56,698 bases of DNA from an uncultured Bacteroidales bacterium (GCA_946409405.1 CAMJWL010000002.1:1-56698); one strand, 5' to 3'. Shown: positions 9,105 to 17,777, counted from the first letter of the stretch. Notes: generated from the letters alone by a model not told the origin. Translations and numbers: made by a program.

Positions 9105-9950
9105 ATGGAACTTAGCGAACAAGACATACAGAAGGTGCAAGACACCATCAGGAACGTTTCGTCATACGACTTCTCCGACTATTCCTACAACAGTTTTTGC
9201 CGCAGGATAGAGAAGATACTGCTCGATTATGGCGTGTCGCTCGACGTGTTGCTCAGGGACATCCAGGGCAACTACAACTTCATGGAAAAAGTGGTGCGCG
9301 ACATCACCGTAAACACCACAGAACTATTCCGCGACACCGAAGCATGGCTCAAAATACGCACCCTCCTGGAAACCAAATACGCCGACAAAGAATCGCTATA
9401 CATCTGGCACGCCGGATGCTCGTCGGGGCAGGAAGTATATTCAATGATGATAATGCTCTGCGAAATCGGCATGATAGACAAAGCCTCCATATACGCCACC
9501 GACATCAACGAAAACATGCTCCGTACCGCAATGTCGGGGCAATACAAATACCACGAAGTGCAAGACTACATCGGCAACTTCGACAAAGTGTTCAACCCCA
9601 AAGTACATTCGGAGGCAGTGCCATACGTCGATATGCGCAAATACATAGAAGTAAACAAACAGAAAGACTACGTAAAAATGGAGCGCAGCCTCGTGGAAAA
9701 GCCGCTCTTCTTCAAGCACGACCTCGTGTCGGGCGAACCCATCATCGCCCGCAAACTCGACATAATCCTCTGCCGCAACGTCCTCATATATTTCAACCAC
9801 AACCTGCAAAACAAAGTCCTCAAATTTTTCTACGACAACCTCGCCGACGACGGATGCCTCATCATAGGCCGCCACGAAGGCATGATAGGACACGTGGCTT
9901 CCCTCTACGACAAGAAAGGAACAATCTACTACAAGAGGAGTATAATATAG
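9105..9950 (+). CDS. cheR: CheR-family protein-glutamate O-methyltransferase (stand-alone)
   Basis: The track ORF starts at TTG 9099; ATG 9105 (MELSEQD..) is more likely. The N-terminal helical domain (FSDYSYNSFCRRIEKIL) plus AdoMet-MTase motifs (LYIWHAGCSSGQEVYSMMIML, DIILCRNVLIYF) are typical of CheR. Confidence 0.85.
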   Translation: MELSEQDIQKVQDTIRNVSSYDFSDYSYNSFCRRIEKILLDYGVSLDVLLRDIQGNYNFMEKVVRDITVNTTELFRDTEAWLKIRTLLETKYADKESLYIWHAGCSSGQEVYSMMIMLCEIGMIDKASIYATDINENMLRTAMSGQYKYHEVQDYIGNFDKVFNPKVHSEAVPYVDMRKYIEVNKQKDYVKMERSLVEKPLFFKHDLVSGEPIIARKLDIILCRNVLIYFNHNLQNKVLKFFYDNLADDGCLIIGRHEGMIGHVASLYDKKGTIYYKRSII

Positions 9951-10041
9951 CATTGTTGACAAAAAATAGCAAATTAAACACAAATTGTGGCATTTTTATT
10001 GCTAAAAGTTGCAGTAATAAAACCAACAAAGCACGAAAAAA

Positions 10042-10869
10042 ATGAAAACAATCAGACACATACTCGCCACGGCAGCGGCGGCCGCGTCATTGACGGCGGC
10101 GCAAGCCCAGGTGTCCGCCGACTTCACCGTCTCGCCAGACAAGGCTTGCACGGGCGAAGCCATTACTATCACAATCAAAAACTCTTCCGGAGAATACAAG
10201 ATTGCCAACGTAACCGACTTCGGCGACGGCATAGACACATACGGCAAAGACCTAAAACATATCTACGAAAAGCCAGGCACATACACAATCTCAGTAAGGC
10301 TCCTGCTCAAAGACGACACTTGGACGCAGGCCACCACAAAGACCATCACAATAGGCGAAACGCCCGAACTCACCCTCGAAGACAACGCCGACGCCGCGCT
10401 CATCACCGCCACCACGTCCACAGGAGCGTCGCTCGAATGGATGTGCAACGGCAGCAAAATCAGCAACACAGAAAATACACTCTATTACCTCGAAGGAGGC
10501 ACGTACACCGTTACCGCCTCCAACAACGGATGTGCCGCCACACAGACCTTGAAGGTTACGTACCAAAAACAGGCCGCCAACGACGACACTTATATTAAAG
10601 TAGCCAACAACGTAATCACGCCAGGCAACAAGGACGGTGTCAACGACGTACTATTCATCGAGGACGTGGGCAACTACACCTCGCCATGCTCCGTCAAAAT
10701 ATTCGACAAGAGAGGCCGCATGGTATATTCAAACAACAATTACACCAACACCGACGGGTTCCAGGGGCTCGACGACAACGGCAACGAACTTTTTGCCGGC
10801 ACTTATTACTATGTTATCAAAAGCCAGGGCAAAAAAGGCTGCACGGGCTTTGTCGATTTAATCAGATAA
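10042..10869 (+). CDS. Secreted PKD-domain protein with a T9SS type-B (gliding-motility-associated) C-terminal sorting domain
   Basis: Signal peptide MKTIRHILATAAAAASLTAAQAQ. PKD-like FTVSPDKACTGEAITI..FGDG..HIYEKPGTYTISV. C-terminal NNVITPGNKDGVNDVLFIE..VKIFDKRGRMVYS..FAGTYYYVI..GFVDLIR fits the TIGR04131-type CTD. Confidence 0.85.
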   Translation: MKTIRHILATAAAAASLTAAQAQVSADFTVSPDKACTGEAITITIKNSSGEYKIANVTDFGDGIDTYGKDLKHIYEKPGTYTISVRLLLKDDTWTQATTKTITIGETPELTLEDNADAALITATTSTGASLEWMCNGSKISNTENTLYYLEGGTYTVTASNNGCAATQTLKVTYQKQAANDDTYIKVANNVITPGNKDGVNDVLFIEDVGNYTSPCSVKIFDKRGRMVYSNNNYTNTDGFQGLDDNGNELFAGTYYYVIKSQGKKGCTGFVDLIR

Positions 10870-10882
10870 AACACTTACGATC

Positions 10883-12433
10883 ATGACAAGGAAAATAATC
10901 ACAGCCGCCGCGCTCCTGCTCACCGTCCACACCGCCATGGCGCAGGAGTTGACGCCCGGACAGACCTATATGAACCGCTTTGCCGTAGCACCTGCCTTTG
11001 CGGGCTTCAACGGCAACGACGAAGGATTCCTCGGATACCGCGCCACCATGACGGGCATCGACGGCGCGCCTACACTACTCCGCGCCAACGTCAACGGCAA
11101 CCTCAAAGGCACAATGGGCTACGGCGTGGACATCGCAAACGAAAAGGCGGGCAACTTCAACAACACCATAGCCGCCCTCACATACGCATACCACGTCAGA
11201 CTGAGCAACGACATGAACCTCAGTTTTGCCCTCACGCCCACCATAGTAAGGTCGGCATACGACCTCGCCAAAGCCAAGACATACAGCGCACAGGTGGACC
11301 CCGTGTTCCAAAACGAGGCAGGACTCGCCGGCACGGGCTTCGACGCAGGATTCTCGGTAATGTTCAACGTGCAAGGGCTATACGTGAGCATCAACGCGCC
11401 GCGTCTTATATGCCCCGACCTCAAATTCCAGAACGGCATCGTAAACACCGACCGCGTTATCAACGCAAACGTATCGTATGCCATCGAAGCCGACAAATGG
11501 GAGATAGAACCAGGCGCGGCTGTATGCTACGGCATCAAGGGCGGACTCGACTGGCGGGCATTCGCAACCTTCAAATACGACCGCCGTGCATGGCTGCAAT
11601 TGTCATACGCCTCGCAAAAATGGATGGGCATAGGAGCGGGGTTTGCCGCCACCAACAGGATTGTATTGTGCTACCAGTACGAAGTGGGCATGTCTGACAT
11701 CGCCAAAACCTGCAACGGCAACCACGAAGTTACAGTGGGATTTCTGTTGAACAAGGCCAAGAAATTACAGAAGCCCACCATCTTCATCGACGACAAGCCC
11801 GACTCCAAGCCCGACTCCAAAGCCGAAAGCGGACTTGCCAAGAAGTTGCAAGAAGAAATAAAGGCCCGCACCAACGAAATCAAGCGTCTCGAAGGCATTA
11901 TAGAAGACTGCTGCGCCAACAACAACCCGTCGTCGGACGTCAACAGCCCCAAGCCCTCGGAAGACCCCAACCAGATTACCGACCCAAGCGAGCCAAACCA
12001 GCAGATTGCCGACAACAACGAAATAGAGCAGCCCTCCGACGACAGCGAAGTGGCGCAGCCCCGCGACCCGCACAAAGTGGAATGGCTCACCCCCACCGAA
12101 CTCATCAACGTAAGGTTTGCAACGGGAACCGCCACCATGCTCAAAGCGTCCATGTCGGATCTCGACGCCTTCGCGCTCAAGGTAAAACACGCCAAAAACA
12201 ACGACCGCGACATCCTCATCATCGCCTATACCAACGACCCAACGGCATACGGCAAGCAGATGTCTGAACGCCGCGCCATGGCCATCAAAAAATACCTCAT
12301 CTCCAAAGGCGTACCCGCCAACAGGCTCATTGCAACTGGCATGAGGCTACGCAACATAGCCGAAGACCCCGACGGACGCTACGAAGACAATAGGATAATG
12401 GTAGGCCTCGAAGTTAAGCAGAGAGACAAGTAA
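10883..12433 (+). CDS. PorP/SprF-family T9SS outer-membrane protein fused to a C-terminal OmpA-like peptidoglycan-binding domain
   Basis: N-terminal ~290 aa: signal peptide, then MNRFAVAPAFAGF..., with PorP/SprF beta-barrel character. An acidic/Pro-rich linker follows (KPDSKPDSK...SEDPNQITDPSEPNQQ). The C-terminus RFATGTATM..ILIIAYTND...SERRAMAIKKYLISKGVPANRL is OmpA_C-like. Confidence 0.8.
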   Translation: MTRKIITAAALLLTVHTAMAQELTPGQTYMNRFAVAPAFAGFNGNDEGFLGYRATMTGIDGAPTLLRANVNGNLKGTMGYGVDIANEKAGNFNNTIAALTYAYHVRLSNDMNLSFALTPTIVRSAYDLAKAKTYSAQVDPVFQNEAGLAGTGFDAGFSVMFNVQGLYVSINAPRLICPDLKFQNGIVNTDRVINANVSYAIEADKWEIEPGAAVCYGIKGGLDWRAFATFKYDRRAWLQLSYASQKWMGIGAGFAATNRIVLCYQYEVGMSDIAKTCNGNHEVTVGFLLNKAKKLQKPTIFIDDKPDSKPDSKAESGLAKKLQEEIKARTNEIKRLEGIIEDCCANNNPSSDVNSPKPSEDPNQITDPSEPNQQIADNNEIEQPSDDSEVAQPRDPHKVEWLTPTELINVRFATGTATMLKASMSDLDAFALKVKHAKNNDRDILIIAYTNDPTAYGKQMSERRAMAIKKYLISKGVPANRLIATGMRLRNIAEDPDGRYEDNRIMVGLEVKQRDK

Positions 12434-12458
12434 TTAACCCCAAAAAACGACACCCAAA

Positions 12459-12944
12459 ATGACCAGGCAAATACTCAAATACCTGATGGCAGGCATATTG
12501 ACCGCCGCCACCACGGGCATTGCGGCGGCGCAGTCCATCAGCCTCGGACACACCACTCCGGCGGCAAGCACTGCGCACGCGGGCGGGCTGTCTTACACTT
12601 ACTCGATAGGGCGGATAGCAAGGATGGTAACTACAACCATCCCCGCCGACTCTCGCGACGGCAATACCAAGGCGGCGTCAAGCACCAAGGCAATAGCCGC
12701 CACCGCATACCCCAACCCATGCACCACCCTACTCCGCGTCAAGGCCGACGAGCCAATATCCGGCACCAACGCCAAGATACAGATAATAGACAGCAAAGGA
12801 GGCGTGGCTGCCACAATGAAAACATCGTCTGCCAGCGACGACGGCGAAATCTCAATAGACATGTCGCACTTCGCACAAGGCAAATACATAATCAAGATAA
12901 CCAACGCTAACGGCACATACACCGCCACAGCAATCAAATTCTGA
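12459..12944 (+). CDS. Small secreted protein consisting almost only of a T9SS type-A C-terminal sorting domain
   Basis: 161 aa. Signal peptide, a ~60-aa low-complexity segment, then AYPNPCTTLLRVKADEPISG..IQIIDSKGG..FAQGKYIIKITNANGTYTATAIKF (Por_Secre_tail pattern). Confidence 0.75.
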   Translation: MTRQILKYLMAGILTAATTGIAAAQSISLGHTTPAASTAHAGGLSYTYSIGRIARMVTTTIPADSRDGNTKAASSTKAIAATAYPNPCTTLLRVKADEPISGTNAKIQIIDSKGGVAATMKTSSASDDGEISIDMSHFAQGKYIIKITNANGTYTATAIKF

Positions 12945-12950
12945 CATATC

Positions 12951-14906
12951 ATGAAAACGAGAATCATAAATACAATAGGCATCCTTGCCCTGGCGGCCTC
13001 CATACACACCGCCACAGCCCAGACCCTGCCAAATACTTTCAGCTACCAGGCCGTGATAACTGCCGAAGACGGCTCCCCGGTAAGCAACCACGACATCACC
13101 GTGGAAGTATCCATACGCCAAGGCGACAACTGCGAGAGCGGCAACTCCTGTCCCGTACTGTGGCAGGAACTCCATGCGCCCAAAACCAACGAATTTGGAA
13201 GTTTCAGCATCGAGATTGGCGACCCAAACGCCATCAGCACCACGGGCGGCTCGCTTGCCAGTTATTCTAAAATAGACTGGCTCGACACCAAAAAAGGCAA
13301 CTATTACATGCAAGTGCGCGTGGACTTTGGCGAGGCATCGTACCTCAACGGCATGACAGACCTCGGCACCACCAAATTCTCGTCTGTGCCATACGCCATC
13401 GCCGCAGTTACCGCCGAATCTGCCAAAGGTCTCGCCAAGGACGAAAACGGCAAAATAGCCAACAAAATAGGCGAACTTCAAGACGTGGACGTCAATTCGC
13501 CCAAGAAAAACCAAATCCTTGTATTTGACGGCACTTCGTGGAAAAACACAGACCCCGCCGCCGCACAAGGCCTTACAAACATCGCCATATCAAACCCCAA
13601 GACCGGCGACATCCTTGTATATAACGAATCCACCGGCAACTGGGAAAACAAGGCGCAAACCGCCCCGTCCCTCGAAAAACTCAGCGACGTAATTCTCGAA
13701 AATCCCACTGTGAACCACGTGCTTGCATACAACCCAGACGAAAAACGATGGTCAAACAAGGCGTTTACCTTCGACATGATCAAAGAAGTGAGCGCATCCG
13801 GCGCAAAAGTGGGCGACGTGCTTACCTTTACCTCAGAAGGCCTTTGGGAAGCACAGGCGGGCGGCAGCGGCGAGGGCGGCGCGTCTGCTTTGAGCGGTCT
13901 CTCCGACGTAAAAATATCATCCGACGTGGACGAGGGACACGTACTCCGCTACTCAGCCACCGACAAAAAATGGAAAAACTCCGCCCCCGGCGCAGACAAC
14001 GTATGGAGGGTGGACTCCAAGCAAACATTTGCATACGCATCTTACAAAAAAATAGGCATCGGCACCAACACCGACAAGGAAGAAAACTACGCCAAAGCCC
14101 AACTCCACATCAAGGACGGCAACAACAACACCCTGTTTAACGCCCGTGGCATCACCATCGGCGCAAGCGAAATAAGGACACAGGCCACCGGTTCAATAGC
14201 ACTTGGCGGCGGCAACGCCAACGACGTGCAGGGCGCAGCCGTAATTGCTGGCACAGGCTCCACTTCTGGCGAACTTGCCAAAAACAGCATTGTAATGGGC
14301 AGCGGCTCTTCTTGCAGCGGCAACGGCGACATCGTGATAGGCGACGAAAGCAAGGCGCAATTCAACAACTGCGCTATATTCGGCAACAACCTGAGCGCAG
14401 GATACGCCAACCAGTTTATATGCGGCAAGTACAACACTTACACCGACCAAACGGCGGTATTCATTGTAGGCAATGGCACATCGAAGACCGATACCAAAAA
14501 CATCTTCACCATCGCCCCAGACGGCACTGTTACCTGCACTGGCGCGATGAACTCTTCCGACGCCCGCCTCAAAACCAACATCAATCCCCTCGCCTACTCA
14601 TTGCAGAACGTACAGAAACTCCGTGGCGTTACCTTCAATTGGAACAAGGCCACCAGCCCCAACGCCTCCGACAAGACCCAGTACGGATTCATCGCCCAGG
14701 AAGTGGAGAAAGTGTTCCCCGACCTCGTTGGCACCGACAGCAACGGCTACAAGACCGTCAACTACGTAGGCGTAATCCCCGTTTTGACCGAAGCAATCAA
14801 GGCGCAGCAAGACGAAATCCAAGAGTTGAAATCCGAGAACGAACAACTCAAATCGACCCTCGAACAACTCCTCAAACGTGTAGAGATGTTGGAAAAGAAC
14901 AAATAA
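12951..14906 (+). CDS. Tail-fibre-like secreted protein with a C-terminal peptidase-S74 intramolecular-chaperone (auto-cleaving) domain
   Basis: 651 aa with a signal peptide. Five Trp-containing repeats (NQILVFDGTSWKN, GDILVYNESTGNWENK, NHVLAYNPDEKRWSNK, GDVLTFTSEGLWEAQ, GHVLRYSATDKKWKNS). A YadA-head-like stretch (GSIALGGGNANDVQGAAVIAGTG..NSIVMGSGS). C-terminal SDARLKTNI...LRGVTFNWN...YGFIAQEVEKVFPDLV...NYVGVIPVLTEAIK plus a coiled coil match the endosialidase-chaperone domain. Confidence 0.85.
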   Translation: MKTRIINTIGILALAASIHTATAQTLPNTFSYQAVITAEDGSPVSNHDITVEVSIRQGDNCESGNSCPVLWQELHAPKTNEFGSFSIEIGDPNAISTTGGSLASYSKIDWLDTKKGNYYMQVRVDFGEASYLNGMTDLGTTKFSSVPYAIAAVTAESAKGLAKDENGKIANKIGELQDVDVNSPKKNQILVFDGTSWKNTDPAAAQGLTNIAISNPKTGDILVYNESTGNWENKAQTAPSLEKLSDVILENPTVNHVLAYNPDEKRWSNKAFTFDMIKEVSASGAKVGDVLTFTSEGLWEAQAGGSGEGGASALSGLSDVKISSDVDEGHVLRYSATDKKWKNSAPGADNVWRVDSKQTFAYASYKKIGIGTNTDKEENYAKAQLHIKDGNNNTLFNARGITIGASEIRTQATGSIALGGGNANDVQGAAVIAGTGSTSGELAKNSIVMGSGSSCSGNGDIVIGDESKAQFNNCAIFGNNLSAGYANQFICGKYNTYTDQTAVFIVGNGTSKTDTKNIFTIAPDGTVTCTGAMNSSDARLKTNINPLAYSLQNVQKLRGVTFNWNKATSPNASDKTQYGFIAQEVEKVFPDLVGTDSNGYKTVNYVGVIPVLTEAIKAQQDEIQELKSENEQLKSTLEQLLKRVEMLEKNK

Positions 14907-14928
14907 ACCACACCTTATAATAATATAG

Positions 14929-15336
14929 ATGGACAACAACTATACAAACAACAACAATAACAACAACACCAATCTGGTACTCGGCATACTATCCGCAGTA
15001 TTCGGTGCGCTGTCGCTGTTCATATTCTGCATCCCGTGGCTCACGTTGATACTTGCGGCTGCGGGACTTGCATGCGGCATCATTGCGTTGATACGCATCA
15101 AGAAGGAAGGCGGACAGTTGACACTGCCAATCATCGGCACCGCAATATCGGGCGTGGCCTTTATTGTGGCAACGGTAATGGTGGTAACGTTTCATATAAC
15201 CATCAACGAACTCGACAACAGATTCGAAGAAATGGAGGGCTTATACAATATCATACGCGATTCTATCGACCAATGGGATTCCAATTTTGACAACCAAACC
15301 CTCCCCGAACCAGACTCGACGTTTTATATTGAGTGA
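14929..15336 (+). CDS. Small membrane protein (DUF4190-like), poly-Asn N-terminus
   Basis: 135 aa. MDNNYTNNNNNNNTN followed by three hydrophobic helices. Last gene of the plus-strand cluster. Its 3' end overlaps the rsmG 3' end convergently by 13 nt. Confidence 0.6.
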   Translation: MDNNYTNNNNNNNTNLVLGILSAVFGALSLFIFCIPWLTLILAAAGLACGIIALIRIKKEGGQLTLPIIGTAISGVAFIVATVMVVTFHITINELDNRFEEMEGLYNIIRDSIDQWDSNFDNQTLPEPDSTFYIE

Positions 15337-15953
15337 GGAATAAGGAATTCTATGACTTTCTTTGTCTCAAAAAAATCCTCCTCAAAAACATCTGGAATAT
15401 TATAGATTTTGCATTTGTTGGCGAAGGGCGCGATTTCGTCTTCAAAGTCGCCGCCTTTGAGATACACTATCCGCGACGGCTGATTTTTGAGAAGGTTGTC
15501 GCGGGTTTGTTTTACAAAATTTGGGAAGGCGGTAACGGCACGGCTCACTATGGTGTCAAAACGCTCCTTATACATATTAGACTTTATCTGTATGCCACGG
15601 GCGTTTTTGAGTCCAAGACGCGCTATCACATCGTTGACCACCGTTATCTTCTTGCCAATAGAATCGATGAGCGTAAACTGTTTGTCGGGGTACATTATCG
15701 CCAACGGAATCCCCGGAAAACCGCCGCCAGTGCCTACGTCGAGGATGTTGTGCGACCCGTCCAAAAGATTAAACTTGGCAATAGCCAACGAGTGCAGGAT
15801 ATGGCGCACAAAGAGTTCCCCGATGTCTGCCCGCGAAATCACATTGATTTTCTCGTTCCATTCGGGATAGAGAGTTTCGAGCATCGCATATCGCTCCGCC
15901 TGTTCCTCGCTAATTTCAGGAAAATATTTTTTCACCTTCACCATCGGTTTCAT
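15324..15953 (-). CDS. rsmG: 16S rRNA (guanine527-N7)-methyltransferase RsmG (GidB)
   Basis: 209 aa. NVISRADIGELFVRHILHSL, ILDVGTGGGFPGIPLAI and FTLIDSIGKK are typical RsmG motifs. Confidence 0.9.
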   Translation of the reverse strand: MKPMVKVKKYFPEISEEQAERYAMLETLYPEWNEKINVISRADIGELFVRHILHSLAIAKFNLLDGSHNILDVGTGGGFPGIPLAIMYPDKQFTLIDSIGKKITVVNDVIARLGLKNARGIQIKSNMYKERFDTIVSRAVTAFPNFVKQTRDNLLKNQPSRIVYLKGGDFEDEIAPFANKCKIYNIPDVFEEDFFETKKVIEFLIPHSI

Positions 15954-16638
15954 TTATTGTTAGATTGTCGCCTTGTAGAAAATTCTGCTCCCCCTTCTTG
16001 CGGTTCAAGAACATTGCCTCCAAGAGTTCGCGGGAACGGTATATGCGCGCCTTTACAGTGCCCATGGGAAGACCAAGTTCCTCCGCGATTTCCACGTAAG
16101 ATTTATCCTTAAAAAATCGCATTACGATGATTTCGCGGTAATCCTTGTGCAGATGCGCCACAAACTGTTCGAGGTAATCCACCCTTTGAGTGTGAATCAT
16201 GCGTTCCTCCGGGTCGTCGGAATTTTCTACAAGTTCTGGCACACTGGGTATTGTAGCCATGCCATCATCAGTTTCTGCTTCTTCGTCGATAGAAACCAAC
16301 TTCAGCCTCTTGCTACGGATAAAATCTATCACCTTGTTGGAGGCAATCTTAAACAACCACGTACTAAACGCCCGCTCCGGCTTGTAATTAGCAAGATTGC
16401 GGAACGCCTTGCCAAAGGAATCCATCGTGATGTCCTCCGCGTCGTGTACATTCTTCACCATACGGCACACCATGTGAAACATAGGTTCCTGATACCTCTC
16501 CAACAACTGCGCGTAAGCCTGTTGGTTGCCCTCCCTTGCCTCGTTAACAAGACGGAGGTCTTCCTTGGCCTTCTCGGACAACTCAAACCCATGTTCGTTG
16601 ACGTCTATTATATCCTGTGGTTCGTTTTTTACTTCCAT
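15916..16638 (-). CDS. RNA polymerase sigma-70 family (ECF-like) sigma factor
   Basis: 240 aa. Region 2 (AYAQLLERYQEPMFHMVCRMV..AEDITMDSF..FSTWLFKIASNKVIDFIR), an acidic linker, and region 4 (YREIIVMRFFKDKSYVEIAEELGLPMGTVKARIYRSR). The start overlaps the GT2 stop by 10 nt. The stop overlaps the rsmG start by 38 nt. Confidence 0.85.
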   Translation of the reverse strand: MEVKNEPQDIIDVNEHGFELSEKAKEDLRLVNEAREGNQQAYAQLLERYQEPMFHMVCRMVKNVHDAEDITMDSFGKAFRNLANYKPERAFSTWLFKIASNKVIDFIRSKRLKLVSIDEEAETDDGMATIPSVPELVENSDDPEERMIHTQRVDYLEQFVAHLHKDYREIIVMRFFKDKSYVEIAEELGLPMGTVKARIYRSRELLEAMFLNRKKGEQNFLQGDNLTINETDGEGEKIFS

Positions 16639-17777
16639 TTAAGTCGCTCTTTTCTTAGGTTGCCCAATATCATCTGCACGAGGTTGATATAGGGCAGGAT
16701 TATGTCAAACAGCAATGCTAATACTTTGATTCCATTGATTTTGAAGCGGTTGGCGGTCTTGCAGATGGTGTACTGAAACACCAGATACCGCGTCAAAAAC
16801 AGCGTCCCAGTTACCAAATACAACGGCTCAAAAAACGACAACGCCACCGCCGCCAAGTAGAAATAACTTCTCGCTATCGGCTCCGTAGCAAGCAAAAATT
16901 TATGGCTGCCCTTGTAACGTTCCGATGCAGAGAAGTGCCTCTGTTTCTGCGAGTTCCATTGATAGAAAGTCTCCTTGCTCTCGCACATCGTAAACGAATC
17001 GGGATGATACGAAACCGCCACACGACTTTTTTTTGCGTTTTCGTTTACAAACAGATCGTCGTCGCCAGACATCAGGCGCGAGTGCGACACGAAGCCTTTG
17101 CTCTTTACAAACAGCGATTTGCGATAAGCCAGATTGCGCCCTACGCCCATGTAAGGCATGCCCGCCTCCGCGAAGGTGAAATATTGCATGGCGATAAAGC
17201 CCGCGTCGTACCTTATAAGTTTGTTGAGCAAGCCCGGACGCTCCTCGTAGCCGCCATAGCCAAGCACAAAATCCTTGTCTTCGGTAAAATACTGGCTCAT
17301 CATGCGTATCCAATTTTTGGACGCAGGGATACAGTCGGCATCAGTAAGGAGCAGCCACTCGTTTTTGGCCGCCTTGATGCCGATGGTGAGGGCGAGTTTC
17401 TTGCCCTGTCGAAACTGTGGATTGTGCGAAATCTCTGTTACATACAGGTTGGGGTACTTTTGCTTGTACTCGTCGAGGATGAGTTCGGTGTCGTCGGTGC
17501 TTTGGTCGTTTACCACCACCACCTCAAAATCAGGGTAATCTTGATCCAAGACATAGCCGAGACGCTCTTTTAGGTTGTCTGCCTCGTTTTTGGCGCATAT
17601 TATCACCGAAACAGGCACTACCGGATTGTAAGGCACTTGTTTTTTCTTGCGCCCCACCCTCACAAACACTATCAGATAATACAGCATCTCTATAAGCCAT
17701 GCCAATGCCAACGAGCATACAAGCCAAAATTGCCATCCGTTAATGTCTGATAATACTTCTATTAGTTTCTCTATCAT
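16629..17777 (-). CDS. Family-2 glycosyltransferase (membrane-associated)
   Basis: The track ORF 16629-18995 is chimeric. The real start is taken at MIEKLIEV (ATG 17777). VSVIICAKNEADNL..FEVVVVNDQSTDDT..LLLTDADCIP are GT2 motifs. TM helices sit at both ends. Confidence 0.8.
   Translation of the reverse strand: MIEKLIEVLSDINGWQFWLVCSLALAWLIEMLYYLIVFVRVGRKKKQVPYNPVVPVSVIICAKNEADNLKERLGYVLDQDYPDFEVVVVNDQSTDDTELILDEYKQKYPNLYVTEISHNPQFRQGKKLALTIGIKAAKNEWLLLTDADCIPASKNWIRMMSQYFTEDKDFVLGYGGYEERPGLLNKLIRYDAGFIAMQYFTFAEAGMPYMGVGRNLAYRKSLFVKSKGFVSHSRLMSGDDDLFVNENAKKSRVAVSYHPDSFTMCESKETFYQWNSQKQRHFSASERYKGSHKFLLATEPIARSYFYLAAVALSFFEPLYLVTGTLFLTRYLVFQYTICKTANRFKINGIKVLALLFDIILPYINLVQMILGNLRKERLKWK

Noticed and set aside
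9197-10598. Arg/His/Pro-rich ORFs 9197-10045 and 9987-10598
   Set aside because: These are alternative frames of the CheR and PKD/type-B CTD genes. Their extreme Arg/His/Gln bias and lack of any start context argue against coding.
9105-15336. Tail-fibre gene as a sign of a prophage or phage-tail-like particle locus
   Set aside because: No capsid, terminase, portal, sheath, tube, baseplate, integrase or att-like repeats occur within 10 kb on either side. The neighbours are T9SS cargo and PorP genes and housekeeping genes.
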